A DNA stretch of 64,000 nucleotides from Edaphobacter sp. (GTDB taxonomy: Bacteria; Acidobacteriota; Terriglobia; Terriglobales; Acidobacteriaceae): contig DATHQG010000280.1 in NCBI GenBank assembly GCA_035483075.1, positions 317 to 64,316 of the forward strand. Direction: 5' to 3'. Positions 1 to 9,087 of this stretch are shown here, piece after piece. Both the position numbers and the translations under genes were made by a program. The notes below the pieces were generated by a model that did not search any database, had not been told where the DNA came from, and saw only the letters and a list, made by a program, of their open reading frames with translations. Every line of letters begins with the position of its first letter. The first letter of the stretch is position 1.

Positions 1-2
1 TG

Positions 3-1412
3 CCGGAGCTCGAGCATGTGGTGGTGATGGATGCCGGGGAGTTTAGTAATGCTGAGAGCTTTGGTGCGCTGATGGAAGGGGCGAAGACGAAGCAGCAGCG
101 TGATGGTGCGTTCGATGAGATGGTGAAGGGCGCCAAGCCAGAGGACCTGGCGACGATTATCTATACGTCGGGGACGACGGGCGAGCCGAAGGGCGTGATG
201 CTCACGCATGGGAACGTGGCGAGCAATATTAATTACTCCACGGGCAAGATGGGGTTCGGGGAGAAGGACAGTTGCATCTCGTTTCTGCCACTGTCGCATA
301 TCACAGCACGTCACCTCGATTACGCGATGATGTGCTATGGGGCGCGAGTGGCTTATTGTCCGAAGTTCGATCTGCTGCCTGTCGCGATGAAGGCGGTGAA
401 GCCGACGGTCCTTGTGGCGGTGCCGCGAGTGTACGAGAAGATCAGACAGGCGGTGGAAGGGAAGTCGGCGTTGTCGCCGGTGAAGCTGAAGATCCTGAAC
501 TGGGCACTGGCGACGGGGAAGAAGCATCGGCCGGAGGTGCTGGAAGGGAAGACGCCCGGTGGGGTGAGCTGGAAGATTGCGGACAAACTGGTTTTCAGCA
601 AGATTCGCGAGGCATTTGGCGGGTGCGCGGCGGTATTCATCTCGGGCAGCGCGCCGCTGGGAATGGACACTGCGGGGTGGTTTGCGGACGTTGGGATTCG
701 GATCTTCGAGGGCTACGGATTGACCGAGACTTCGCCGGTCATTTCGCTGAATTTTCCTGACGCGCATCGGATAGGAACGGTGGGCAAGGCGCTCGAGAAT
801 GTGCAGTGCCGATTTGCGGAGGACGGAGAGCTGGAGGTGAAGGGACCCTCGATCTTCAAGGGCTATTGGAAGAAGGAGAAGGAGACGGCGGAGGCGTTTA
901 CTGCAGATGGTTGGTTCAAGACGGGGGACATTGGGAACGTCGATAAGGACGGATACCTGTCGATTACGGACCGAAAGAAGGAGTTGCTGAAGACGAGCGG
1001 CGGGAAGATGATCGCTCCGCAGCCGATTGAGAACAAGCTAAAGGCGAACACTCTGGTGGCGCAGGCGGCGCTGGTGGGAGACAAGCACAAGTTTGCGTGC
1101 GTGTTGATTTCGCCAAACTTTGCGGCGCTGGAGGGGTGGGCGAAGGGGCAGGGGATTGCGACGAACGACCATGCGGCGCTGGTGAAAGACGCGAAGGTGG
1201 TGAAGGCTTATCAGGAGATCGTCGACAAGGTGAACATTGGTCTGGCGAACTACGAGAGCATGAAGCGGATGAGCGTGGTTCCGGAGGAGTGGACGGTTGA
1301 GGACGGGACGCTGACGCCGAGTATGAAGCTGAAGCGGCGGGTGGTGGAGAATCGATATGCGAAGGAGATCGACGAGTTTTATGCGGACGAGGCGACGGCT
1401 ACGAGGGGTTGA
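3..1412 (+). CDS. Long-chain fatty acid--CoA ligase (AMP-dependent synthetase), 5' end outside window
   Basis: AMP-binding motif IIYTSGTTGEPKG, plus GYGLTET and GWFKTGDIG; reading frame is open to the left edge. Confidence 0.93.
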   Translation, partial: PELEHVVVMDAGEFSNAESFGALMEGAKTKQQRDGAFDEMVKGAKPEDLATIIYTSGTTGEPKGVMLTHGNVASNINYSTGKMGFGEKDSCISFLPLSHITARHLDYAMMCYGARVAYCPKFDLLPVAMKAVKPTVLVAVPRVYEKIRQAVEGKSALSPVKLKILNWALATGKKHRPEVLEGKTPGGVSWKIADKLVFSKIREAFGGCAAVFISGSAPLGMDTAGWFADVGIRIFEGYGLTETSPVISLNFPDAHRIGTVGKALENVQCRFAEDGELEVKGPSIFKGYWKKEKETAEAFTADGWFKTGDIGNVDKDGYLSITDRKKELLKTSGGKMIAPQPIENKLKANTLVAQAALVGDKHKFACVLISPNFAALEGWAKGQGIATNDHAALVKDAKVVKAYQEIVDKVNIGLANYESMKRMSVVPEEWTVEDGTLTPSMKLKRRVVENRYAKEIDEFYADEATATRG

Positions 1413-2130
1413 GTCGTTGTGACAGGGAAGCGCGGCGTCCGCGATATTTGCCGGCGAAGTAGGCGCATTTCGCGCTGACGGGGCACTGATTGCATTTTGG
1501 GTTTGTGCGTTTGCAGGTCTCCTGGCCGTGGTGTTTCAGGAGGAGATAGGCGCGGGTTCGTGCATCGAAGGCGGCGGGGGTTTGGGAGTCGATCGCTTGC
1601 TGCGCTTCGCGGTAGTTCACGCCGTAGTTCTCGCGCTCCATTCCGAGGAGGATGCGCACGAGAACGTGGGGGCAGTTGGACGGGACGGCGGCGATGGGCG
1701 CGATGTGGGCGAAGAGCAGGATGCGGTCGACGCCGGGGTCGGCTATGTTGGGAAACTTCTTGAGTTCTCTGCGGGCCTGGTCGGGAGGGCCAAGGAGTGC
1801 GGTGCGGAGGTCGCCGCCATCGAACTGGTCTTTTACTCGCATGGCGATCTCTTTGAGACGCTGGGCGCGGAGCTCGGGAACCATACCGCCTGGTTTCAGG
1901 GCGATTGCGAGTCTCTCAGGAGAGGCCGCGAGGAGCTTTTCTGGAGTGACGCCGATGGACTTGTTGAGAGCGCTCCAGCCTTTTGCGCAGGCGGCGTCGG
2001 AGGCGGGATAGCCGCAATGCCACCAGACGAGAAACAGGTAGGGATCGGTTGGCCAGGACGGTTGCTGTGGACCGTAGAAGGATTCGAGATCGTTGAGCAG
2101 CTCGGCAATCCGGGAGGGAGTCTTGTTCAT
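1399..2130 (-). CDS. Endonuclease III-like HhH-GPD protein with 4Fe-4S (FCL) motif; catalytic residues atypical
   Basis: C-terminal C-x6-C-x2-C-x5-C (CKRTNPKCNQCPVSAKC); HhH-like LKKFPNIADPGVD; start placed at MNKTPSR (ATG 2130). Confidence 0.8.
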   Translation of the reverse strand: MNKTPSRIAELLNDLESFYGPQQPSWPTDPYLFLVWWHCGYPASDAACAKGWSALNKSIGVTPEKLLAASPERLAIALKPGGMVPELRAQRLKEIAMRVKDQFDGGDLRTALLGPPDQARRELKKFPNIADPGVDRILLFAHIAPIAAVPSNCPHVLVRILLGMERENYGVNYREAQQAIDSQTPAAFDARTRAYLLLKHHGQETCKRTNPKCNQCPVSAKCAYFAGKYRGRRASLSQRLNPS

Positions 2131-2299
2131 GAGGTGCACCGTCGCGTTGGGAAAGTCGCGGGAGAGCGTCAGCGTACGCTGCATGAATCTCCGTGCGTGC
2201 TAACGCCTCATGACGCTCCACCTGCATTCTAGAATGCTTCTATTGCAACGTTGCGACGCGCAGGAGGCGATACGTTGTATCGATAGTTTGGAGGCTGAG

Positions 2300-3109
2300 A
2301 TGCTGAGATTTTTGCGAGTGATCGGTGTGTTGGCGTTGGCTGGCGGGGTATGCGCGGCCCAAGTGGGGCCGCCGGTTTGTCCGGTGCCCGCAGGAAAGAA
2401 GGCCGTGAGTATGCGGCCGACGGTTAGGCCTTCGGTGGCGGCGGCTGACGCTACGGCCGAGGCGGCGGCGGCGGACCCGTCGGTGCTGGTGGCCTCGGAG
2501 CCGATGGAGAACTTCGGTGTGGCGCGGTATCGGTTGGAGGACTATGCGGATTGTGTCGGCACGGGTGGATGCTACTGGGCGGACGTTGATGCGCAGGCGA
2601 GACGGGCAGAGGTGGAGTTGGCCAGGGTTGTCGCTGCGCGGAAGACCGGCGAGAGGCTGGCGATGGTGCTGGATATCGACGAGACGTCGCTGTCGAACTA
2701 CTGCGAGTTGAAGCGAGAGGACTATGGGTTTATCTCTGCGATGTTCAATGAGTGGGCGGTGTCTCCTGAAGCGGATATGGCGCTGCCGGGGACGCTGAGG
2801 TTGTTCGATAAGGCGCGGGTGGCCGGGGTAGAGGTGTTTTTTATTACAGGGCGACCAGATGAGCAGCGAGCGGGTACGGTGCGGAACCTGGAGGCGGCTG
2901 GGTACAAGGGGTGGAAGGGGCTGAGTCTGCGGGTGGGGCCGCAGAAGACGATGGGAACGGTGGAGTATAAGAGCGAAGAACGGAGGAAGATCGTGGATGC
3001 GGGGTACCGGATCGTGATGAGCGTTGGGGACCAGTGGAGCGATTTGAACGGGGAGCCGAGGGCGGAGATCAGTGTGAAGCTGCCGAATCCGTTTTACTAC
3101 CTGCCTTAG
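2300..3109 (+). CDS. Secreted HAD-family acid phosphatase (class B/C-like)
   Basis: Signal peptide; DIDET (DxDxT), FITGR, GDQWSD and KLPNPFY motifs; GGAGG RBS before ATG 2300. Confidence 0.88.
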   Translation: MLRFLRVIGVLALAGGVCAAQVGPPVCPVPAGKKAVSMRPTVRPSVAAADATAEAAAADPSVLVASEPMENFGVARYRLEDYADCVGTGGCYWADVDAQARRAEVELARVVAARKTGERLAMVLDIDETSLSNYCELKREDYGFISAMFNEWAVSPEADMALPGTLRLFDKARVAGVEVFFITGRPDEQRAGTVRNLEAAGYKGWKGLSLRVGPQKTMGTVEYKSEERRKIVDAGYRIVMSVGDQWSDLNGEPRAEISVKLPNPFYYLP

Positions 3110-3150
3110 CCTGTGGCCTCGTGGGAGGGGTGCGGCTGTAACATCGAGGT

Positions 3151-4173
3151 ATGACGATGTTGCGCCGGGCGAGGAAGGCGGGACGGAAATTTCTGAATCC
3201 GGTTCCGACGACGATTGGTGGGTTTGGCACGATCTTTAAGGTGTTGCCGCGGTTTTTGAGCAATAAGGTGGAGAAGTTTCCGCGGACGCCGCTGGGACCT
3301 TTTCGGACGGACTTTGCGGTGTATGGAACGGCCCCGGAGAGTGGGCTGAGGGTGACCTGGATGGGGCACTCGTCGATGCTTTTGGAGATCGATGGAGTGA
3401 GGGTGCTGGTGGACCCGGTTTGGGACGAGCGGGCTTCGCCGAGCAAGTGGGCCGGGCCGAAGCGGTTTTTTGCGGCGCCGGTAAGGTTGGAGGACCTGCC
3501 GGAGGTGGACGTGGTGTTGGTGTCGCATGACCACTATGACCACCTGGGGGAGGCTACGATTCGGCGATTGGCGGAGTTGGAGTCGATGCGCGGGGCGAGT
3601 TGGGTGACTTCGCTTGGAGTGGGGGAGACGCTGCGGCAGTTTGGGGTCGATTCGGAACGGATATCAGAGCTGGATTGGACCGAGAGTGTGGAGGTGAATG
3701 GGCTGGAGATTACGGCGGTGCCTTCCCGGCATTTTTCGGGGCGAGGGATGTTCAACCGGTTTGAGACGCTCTGGTCGGCATTTGTGCTAAAGGGGGCGAA
3801 ACATACGGTTTACTTTGGGGCGGACTCGGGGTGGTGGGAGGGGTTCGCTGAGATTGGAGCGGCGTATGGGCCGTTTGATCTGACGATGCTGGAGATTGGG
3901 GCGTTCGATGTGCTTTGGGACGGGATCCATCTGGGGCCGGATGGGTCGGCTCGGGCGTTTGAGGCCCTGGGCGGGACCGGTCCTCGGGGGCGCGGGTTGA
4001 TGATGCCGATTCATTGGGGGCTGTTCGATCTGGCGCTGCATGCCTGGCGGCAGCCGATTGAACGGTTGCTGGAGTTGGCTTCGGAGAAGGAGATTAAGCT
4101 TTGGGCACCGGAGCCGGGGCGGCCTACGGAGGTGGTGCCGGGGGTGGAGGTCAGGTCGGATTGGTGGCGATGA
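3151..4173 (+). CDS. MBL-fold metallo-hydrolase (NAPE-PLD/RomA-like)
   Basis: WMGHSS, VDPVW, SHDHYDHL (HxHxDH), RHFSGR and PIHWG motifs. Confidence 0.9.
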   Translation: MTMLRRARKAGRKFLNPVPTTIGGFGTIFKVLPRFLSNKVEKFPRTPLGPFRTDFAVYGTAPESGLRVTWMGHSSMLLEIDGVRVLVDPVWDERASPSKWAGPKRFFAAPVRLEDLPEVDVVLVSHDHYDHLGEATIRRLAELESMRGASWVTSLGVGETLRQFGVDSERISELDWTESVEVNGLEITAVPSRHFSGRGMFNRFETLWSAFVLKGAKHTVYFGADSGWWEGFAEIGAAYGPFDLTMLEIGAFDVLWDGIHLGPDGSARAFEALGGTGPRGRGLMMPIHWGLFDLALHAWRQPIERLLELASEKEIKLWAPEPGRPTEVVPGVEVRSDWWR

Positions 4174-4280
4174 TGGGCCCAGCTGCCTGATCCGGCGGTG
4201 GTTTGCTTCCCGATCTTGTAGGTCTGGTTCTGTTTGGACGCAGGTCACTGTCCGGCCATCTCCCGCATCCAACTGCTGTC

Positions 4281-5981
4281 ATGAATTTCTTTTCGGACCC
4301 CCACGAGATCGCGTTGCGCTTAGGAGATTTTATCGATGATCTTCACGATGTCTTCCGCTGCCACGGTGTTGATTTCGGTTCACCGGAGGACTTTTTTGTG
4401 TTTGCGCGGAGGTTGAAATATCACAGCGAACTTCGTGTCGACGTGTTGCGTGTGGTGAAATCTGTGATGGACAGCGAGGCGAACATCTCGTTTCGCACCA
4501 TCCTCACGGTTATCGCTGTGGCGAGCGGTGGCCCCGACGTCGCGGCATCTGACCGAGAGATGAGCGTCCCGGTCAGCCTGATCATCGAGTCTCTGACTGG
4601 CGTCGATGCCTACAGCCATTTCAACGTTGATCGCCCTGACGGTCTCAATTCGGATTTGATTGTGAAGGAAGCGGTCCAGATTGTCGCGCCGGGTAAATCA
4701 TCGTATGGCGGCGGAGAGGCGACACGGCACACAGACGTGCCAGGACAAGCGAACGTGGAGGTAACCTTGTTCGAGAAGGCCAGCGACTCCTCAATTTTTT
4801 CCATTGAGCAAAGTCCGCCAGGTCCATTGAATGGCTATGGTCCGTTGATCGACCCTCACGGTCTGCGGAACGACTACGGCGGTTCGACTACTCTGGCTGA
4901 ATCTCTGAATCGGCTGGAGCAAAACAGTTTGCAACTCAAGATTTACCTCGATTCGATCGACCAGAGAATCAGCAGGATGGAGCCGCGACTGGAGAACGTT
5001 CCGTCGCTTGTGCTATCGGCTACGCCACCGTCCCATGTGAGAGAGGAAGCCGGCGTGAGATTCTCGGCGACGATTCCTTCAGGGAGTGAACTGCAGCCGC
5101 CGCACAAAGCTCCGTCCGGGTCGAAGCCACAAGGCAGAGCGGCGACTGTAAGTCGAGAGGCGACCAAACCCCTGGCAGGGCTTACGCGTATCTGGACAGA
5201 TTTCCGGCAGCTCTATTCTTTCCGGAAACAGAGTGCGCTTCTGACTCTCGTCGGCGTTGTAGTGCTGCTGTTCGCTGTTACTCTCTTCGGCAGGCTTCGG
5301 CGCAACGCCGGCGATGTGGTGGTACACCCGGTGAACGAATTGGCGGGAGGCGGCGCCAATACTGGTGGTTTCGGCCTTGCGTCTGGCGTCGCGGCCTCCG
5401 TCAATGGACCTCAAGCCGGTACTATCAGCGACCCTTCCTTTGTTTCGCTCAGGGCAGCGCAGGGAAAGAGCTCAGCGTACAGGTACACGGGACAGGGAGT
5501 AAGACCGGCGACAGATCATCCCACTCCATCGTCAAAGAAGTCGGCGCAGATTCCTTTGAGGTCTCCGTTGCGGTCGTCTTCGTCTCTTGCGGCGGGTGGG
5601 AATACTCCGCCTGTGACAGCGACGGATGCATCCGAGGTCTCGGCCCCATCCGATCGCGCTGACAACTTGGGTTCCGTGCCGCTGTCCAATGGCCTCGTCA
5701 ATGTATCTTCTGGCGTCATGGCTGCGAATCTTGTGTCGGGTCCGAGGCCTTCTTATCCGACACTCGCCAGCCTCACACGTACGCAGGGCAATGTGGTGAT
5801 GCAGGCCGTGATCTCCAAGGATGGAACTGTGGAAGAACTGCACGTCATCAAAGGTCACCGCCTATTGCGTGGTGCAGCCAAGAATGCAGTTCGAAACTGG
5901 CGCTATCGGCCCTACAAGATCGACGGCGTGCCGGTTGAAGTCGCGACCACCGTAAGTGTGGACTTCTCCTTGCATCGCTAG
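4281..5981 (+). CDS. TonB C-terminal domain protein with a long N-terminal extension
   Basis: C-terminal PSYPTLA...QGNVVMQAVISKDGTV...AVRNWRYRPY...VDFSL is a TonB_C pattern; one internal TM helix; start uncertain (4203 or 4281). Confidence 0.78.
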   Translation: MNFFSDPHEIALRLGDFIDDLHDVFRCHGVDFGSPEDFFVFARRLKYHSELRVDVLRVVKSVMDSEANISFRTILTVIAVASGGPDVAASDREMSVPVSLIIESLTGVDAYSHFNVDRPDGLNSDLIVKEAVQIVAPGKSSYGGGEATRHTDVPGQANVEVTLFEKASDSSIFSIEQSPPGPLNGYGPLIDPHGLRNDYGGSTTLAESLNRLEQNSLQLKIYLDSIDQRISRMEPRLENVPSLVLSATPPSHVREEAGVRFSATIPSGSELQPPHKAPSGSKPQGRAATVSREATKPLAGLTRIWTDFRQLYSFRKQSALLTLVGVVVLLFAVTLFGRLRRNAGDVVVHPVNELAGGGANTGGFGLASGVAASVNGPQAGTISDPSFVSLRAAQGKSSAYRYTGQGVRPATDHPTPSSKKSAQIPLRSPLRSSSSLAAGGNTPPVTATDASEVSAPSDRADNLGSVPLSNGLVNVSSGVMAANLVSGPRPSYPTLASLTRTQGNVVMQAVISKDGTVEELHVIKGHRLLRGAAKNAVRNWRYRPYKIDGVPVEVATTVSVDFSLHR

Positions 5982-6027
5982 CAGCGTGAATTTCCGCGGA
6001 ATTCAACCGACTCCAAGTAACGCACAG

Positions 6028-6468
6028 TTAAATTTTGCGGACGACTTCTTTCAGAATTTCAGCGGCTTCCTGCAAAGCACTGCGCTGTTCGTGGTTGAGG
6101 GCGGCGATCTGTTTTGCCAGGGCACGTACGCGGCGGGCGCGACCTTCCATCAGGAGTTTTTTTCCGGCTGACGTTGCGGAGAGGAGGGTGCTGCGGCCGT
6201 CGTTCGCATTTTGTTTCTTGAGAACGAGGCCCTTTTCTTCGAGGGCGTTGACGATCCGGGTCATGGTAGGAGGGCGAACCTGTTCGGCGGCGGCTAGATC
6301 GCCGAGGGTTACCGGGCCCCCGAAGACGATGACGGAGAGGGCGGACAGGCGTGAGGCGTTGAGACCAGAGCCTTCATCTTCCTTGCGGAGCTTTCGCAGC
6401 AGGTGGATGGCGGCGGAGTGGAGCTGGTCGGCGATATTTTGCGAATTTATGAGAGTTTCGGTTGACAT
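6028..6468 (-). CDS. MarR family transcriptional regulator
   Basis: LAAAEQVRPPTMTRIVNALEEKGLV and DGRS wing motif. Confidence 0.9.
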   Translation of the reverse strand: MSTETLINSQNIADQLHSAAIHLLRKLRKEDEGSGLNASRLSALSVIVFGGPVTLGDLAAAEQVRPPTMTRIVNALEEKGLVLKKQNANDGRSTLLSATSAGKKLLMEGRARRVRALAKQIAALNHEQRSALQEAAEILKEVVRKI

Positions 6469-6490
6469 GGGCGGGTGAGCTTATGCTATA

Positions 6491-6509
6491 TCGTTAGCTG
6501 GGCTAACGA
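6491..6509. promoter_or_regulatory. Perfect inverted repeat TCGTTAGC-N3-GCTAACGA, probable MarR operator
   Basis: 8-bp perfect arms in the 54-bp gap between the divergent marR and VOC genes. Confidence 0.7.
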
Positions 6510-6522
6510 ACTGGAGGTTGCG

Positions 6523-6906
6523 ATGGGTGCATCAGAAATTAGCGTTCAGTTGAATGATATTGGCCAGATTGCTTTGACGGTGCGCGATCTTGCTCGGGCG
6601 AAGGATTTTTATCAGAACACGCTGGGGATGAAGTTTCTCTTTGACGCAGGGACGATGGCGTTCTTTCAGTGCGGGTCGATTCGGCTGATGATTGGTTTGT
6701 CTGAGGAGGCTGTCCCGGTTGGTGGGACGATTTTGTACTTCAGGGTCCTTGATATTCAGAAGGTGCATGCGGCCCTGAGTGAGAAGGGTGTGGTGTTTGT
6801 TCAGGCGCCGCATCTGGTTGCCAGGATGGCGGACCATGAGCTTTGGATGGCGTTTCTGAAGGACCCGGAGGGCAATACGCTTGGGTTGATGAGCGAGGTG
6901 CGCTGA
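6523..6906 (+). CDS. VOC (glyoxalase/bleomycin resistance) family protein
   Basis: IGQIALTVRDLARAKDFY and FLKDPEGNTLGL; GGAGG RBS before ATG 6523. Confidence 0.9.
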   Translation: MGASEISVQLNDIGQIALTVRDLARAKDFYQNTLGMKFLFDAGTMAFFQCGSIRLMIGLSEEAVPVGGTILYFRVLDIQKVHAALSEKGVVFVQAPHLVARMADHELWMAFLKDPEGNTLGLMSEVR

Positions 6907-6995
6907 CTCGACGTTGCGTTGGCGTTGGCGTTGGAAAAACCTTCGACAGCAAATTCAAACGCAGGGCGCATCCAAGGAGAGGCGGAGGTAGAGAA

Positions 6996-7054
6996 GCGGA
7001 TTTCTCCACTGCGCTGCTCACGATAAGACTGTGAACAGCTTCGGTCGAAATGAC
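6996..7054 (+). repeat. Interspersed REP-like repeat, copy 1 (GCGGATTTCTCC...GGTCGAAATGAC)
   Basis: Shares ends and internal sequence with 8936-8985 and 11716-11754; ATTTC/GAAAT arms can pair. Confidence 0.75.
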
Positions 7055-7152
7055 GGTTCTTTTGTTTGTGAATGAAAATGCAACGGCAACATAAGAGCAA
7101 AATGCCGGGTCTGGCGTATGATTTTTTTGGAAGTTTAAGTTCAAAGGAGAGC

Positions 7153-8190
7153 ATGATGCGGATTGGGATGTTGACCGGGGGCGGAGATTGCCCTGGATTG
7201 AATGCAGTAATTCGGGCGGCCGTACGTAAAGGGATTCTGCACCACGGGGACGAGTTTGTTGGGTTTATGGAGGGATGGCGAGGCGTTCTGGATGATGTGA
7301 CGATGCCGCTTACGCTGGAGACGACGTCGGGGATCCTGCATCGGGGTGGGACGATCCTTCGGTCGTCGCGAACGAACGTGAAGAAGATTCCAGGCGGGTT
7401 CGAGAAGTGTCTGGAGGTGCTTGCGAAGAACAAGATCGACGCTCTGATTGCTCTGGGTGGAGATGATACGCAGTCGATCTCGCTGGCGCTGAGCGAGAAG
7501 GGCGTGAAGTGCGTTGGGGTGCCTAAGACGATCGATAACGATTTGAATGGCACGGACGTTTGTTTTGGGTTTGATACGGCGGTGGGGATCGCGACGGAGG
7601 CGGTCGATCGGCTGCACTCGACTGCGGAGGCGCATAACCGCGTGATGGTGTGCGAGGTGATGGGACGCGACGCGGGATGGATTGCGATTACTGCGGGGAT
7701 TGCGGGTGGGGCCGATGTGATCCTGGTGCCGGAGGTGCCGATCGATATTGAAGAGGTTTGCCGACTGGTGAAGTATCGCAGGGAGCATGGGAAGAAGTTC
7801 TCGATTGTGGTCGCGGCTGAGGGGGCGCAGTTCCCGGAGTCGGGGCAGGCGACGCATGGAACAGCGGTGGACTCGTTTGGTCATGCGCGGTTGAGCGGGA
7901 TTGGGCAGGCGCTGGCGGAGGAGATCGAGAAGCGAACCGGCTATGAAACGAGGAGCGTGAACCTGGGTCATACGCAGCGGGGTGGCACACCATCGGCGTA
8001 TGACCGGATGCTGGCGACACGGTATGGTGTTGCTGCTATCGACCTGGTACATGCGGGCAAGTTTGGCAGGCTGGTGGTGTTGAGGGGGACTCAAATCACC
8101 GATATTCCACTGGCGGACGCGATCGCCAAGACACGGACCGTCGGGGAGGACCTGTTGGCAGTGATGAAGAGTTTGCAGCCCGTGAAGTAG
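7153..8190 (+). CDS. pfkA: 6-phosphofructokinase (PfkA family; residue signature suggests PPi dependence)
   Basis: TGGGDCPGLNAVIR, GGDDT, PKTIDND, EVMGR and GHTQRGG motifs; AAGGAG RBS. Confidence 0.93.
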   Translation: MMRIGMLTGGGDCPGLNAVIRAAVRKGILHHGDEFVGFMEGWRGVLDDVTMPLTLETTSGILHRGGTILRSSRTNVKKIPGGFEKCLEVLAKNKIDALIALGGDDTQSISLALSEKGVKCVGVPKTIDNDLNGTDVCFGFDTAVGIATEAVDRLHSTAEAHNRVMVCEVMGRDAGWIAITAGIAGGADVILVPEVPIDIEEVCRLVKYRREHGKKFSIVVAAEGAQFPESGQATHGTAVDSFGHARLSGIGQALAEEIEKRTGYETRSVNLGHTQRGGTPSAYDRMLATRYGVAAIDLVHAGKFGRLVVLRGTQITDIPLADAIAKTRTVGEDLLAVMKSLQPVK

Positions 8191-8217
8191 GGTCCGTGGT
8201 GGGCCTGTTCGAAGCGG

Positions 8218-8250
8218 AGGCCCCGGTTTATTTTTCGGGGCTTTCTCTTC
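8218..8250 (+). terminator. Probable intrinsic terminator after pfkA
   Basis: AGGCCCCGG...TCGGGGCTT stem followed by T-rich tail. Confidence 0.6.
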
Positions 8251-8432
8251 GTTATCCGCATGTCCTCAAGCCGGGCGATCCCAGATTTGAAATGACGTAA
8301 TACTTTCGTATCAGTTAGTTAGTGGTTAATAGCTGAGATTTTTGTTGTATGGGTAAAGAAAAGGGGATACAAAGAGGTGCTGGGCTAGCTCGAGCCTGGC
8401 ATGCTCTGATGTGGATGAACGGGAGACCTGAG

Positions 8433-8687
8433 ATGGCGGTAGCGGTGCAGACTGCGGTGCGTGAGGTGATGGATATCCGGCAGGCTTCGGAGTATCTGGG
8501 CATCAGCGGCGATACGTTGTACCGGTATGCGTCTGAAGGCTTCATTCCGGCGTTCAAGCTGGGGAACCGGTGGCGGTTCAAGAAGTCTCTGCTGGATGCC
8601 TGGATGGATGAGAAGTCCGGGGTGAAGGCGCCTACACCGATTGCCGTGATGCCAAGACAGAAGAAGCCGGTCGCACGGGCGCGGTAA
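8433..8687 (+). CDS. Excisionase-like helix-turn-helix (HTH_17) DNA-binding protein
   Basis: EVMDIRQASEYLGISGDTLYRYASEGFIPAFKLGNRWRF; GGGAG RBS before ATG 8433. Confidence 0.85.
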   Translation: MAVAVQTAVREVMDIRQASEYLGISGDTLYRYASEGFIPAFKLGNRWRFKKSLLDAWMDEKSGVKAPTPIAVMPRQKKPVARAR

Positions 8688-8692
8688 GCGGA

Positions 8693-8899
8693 TTGTCCAG
8701 ACGCCTGATCTCGCATTTTGATATTTACGTCCTGATCTTTGGCGCTATTGCGGTGGCGGCATTCTGGTTTGCGATCCAACTTTGCTGGTCGGTGGTGGGG
8801 AAGCAGTGGTACAGCGTGTTGTGGAGGCTGTTGGCTGCGCTGGCGCTGTTTGGGTTGGGGTTCGTGATGATCTTTTTTACGGCGTTTGGGGCGAACTGA
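8693..8899 (+). CDS. Small hypothetical membrane protein (2 TM)
   Basis: 68-aa ORF with two hydrophobic segments, 5 bp after the HTH gene; TTG start. Confidence 0.5.
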   Translation: MSRRLISHFDIYVLIFGAIAVAAFWFAIQLCWSVVGKQWYSVLWRLLAALALFGLGFVMIFFTAFGAN

Positions 8900-8935
8900 T
8901 TGTCCTGCGGTGGCTCCGGGACCTGAGGTTGAGCA

Positions 8936-8985
8936 GCAGATTTCTCCGCTGCGCTGCCCACGATGAGACCGCTGGTCGAAATACG
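8936..8985 (+). repeat. Interspersed REP-like repeat, copy 2 (internally deleted)
   Basis: GCAGATTTCTCCGCTGCGCTGCCCACGATGAGACC...GGTCGAAAT aligns to 6996-7054. Confidence 0.72.
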
Positions 8986-9087
8986 ATTCTTAGGTAGTCG
9001 GCGGAGCAAGAACATGCGAGCCGCAGACAATGCGGGGACCTTTCCCTGCTCTCAGATGGCAATCCTTTAGATTTTTGGAGGCGGCAG

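Noticed and set aside
8433-8687. Excisionase-like gene as a sign of a prophage or integrative element
   Set aside because: No integrase, att repeats or phage genes are nearby, and codon style is native.
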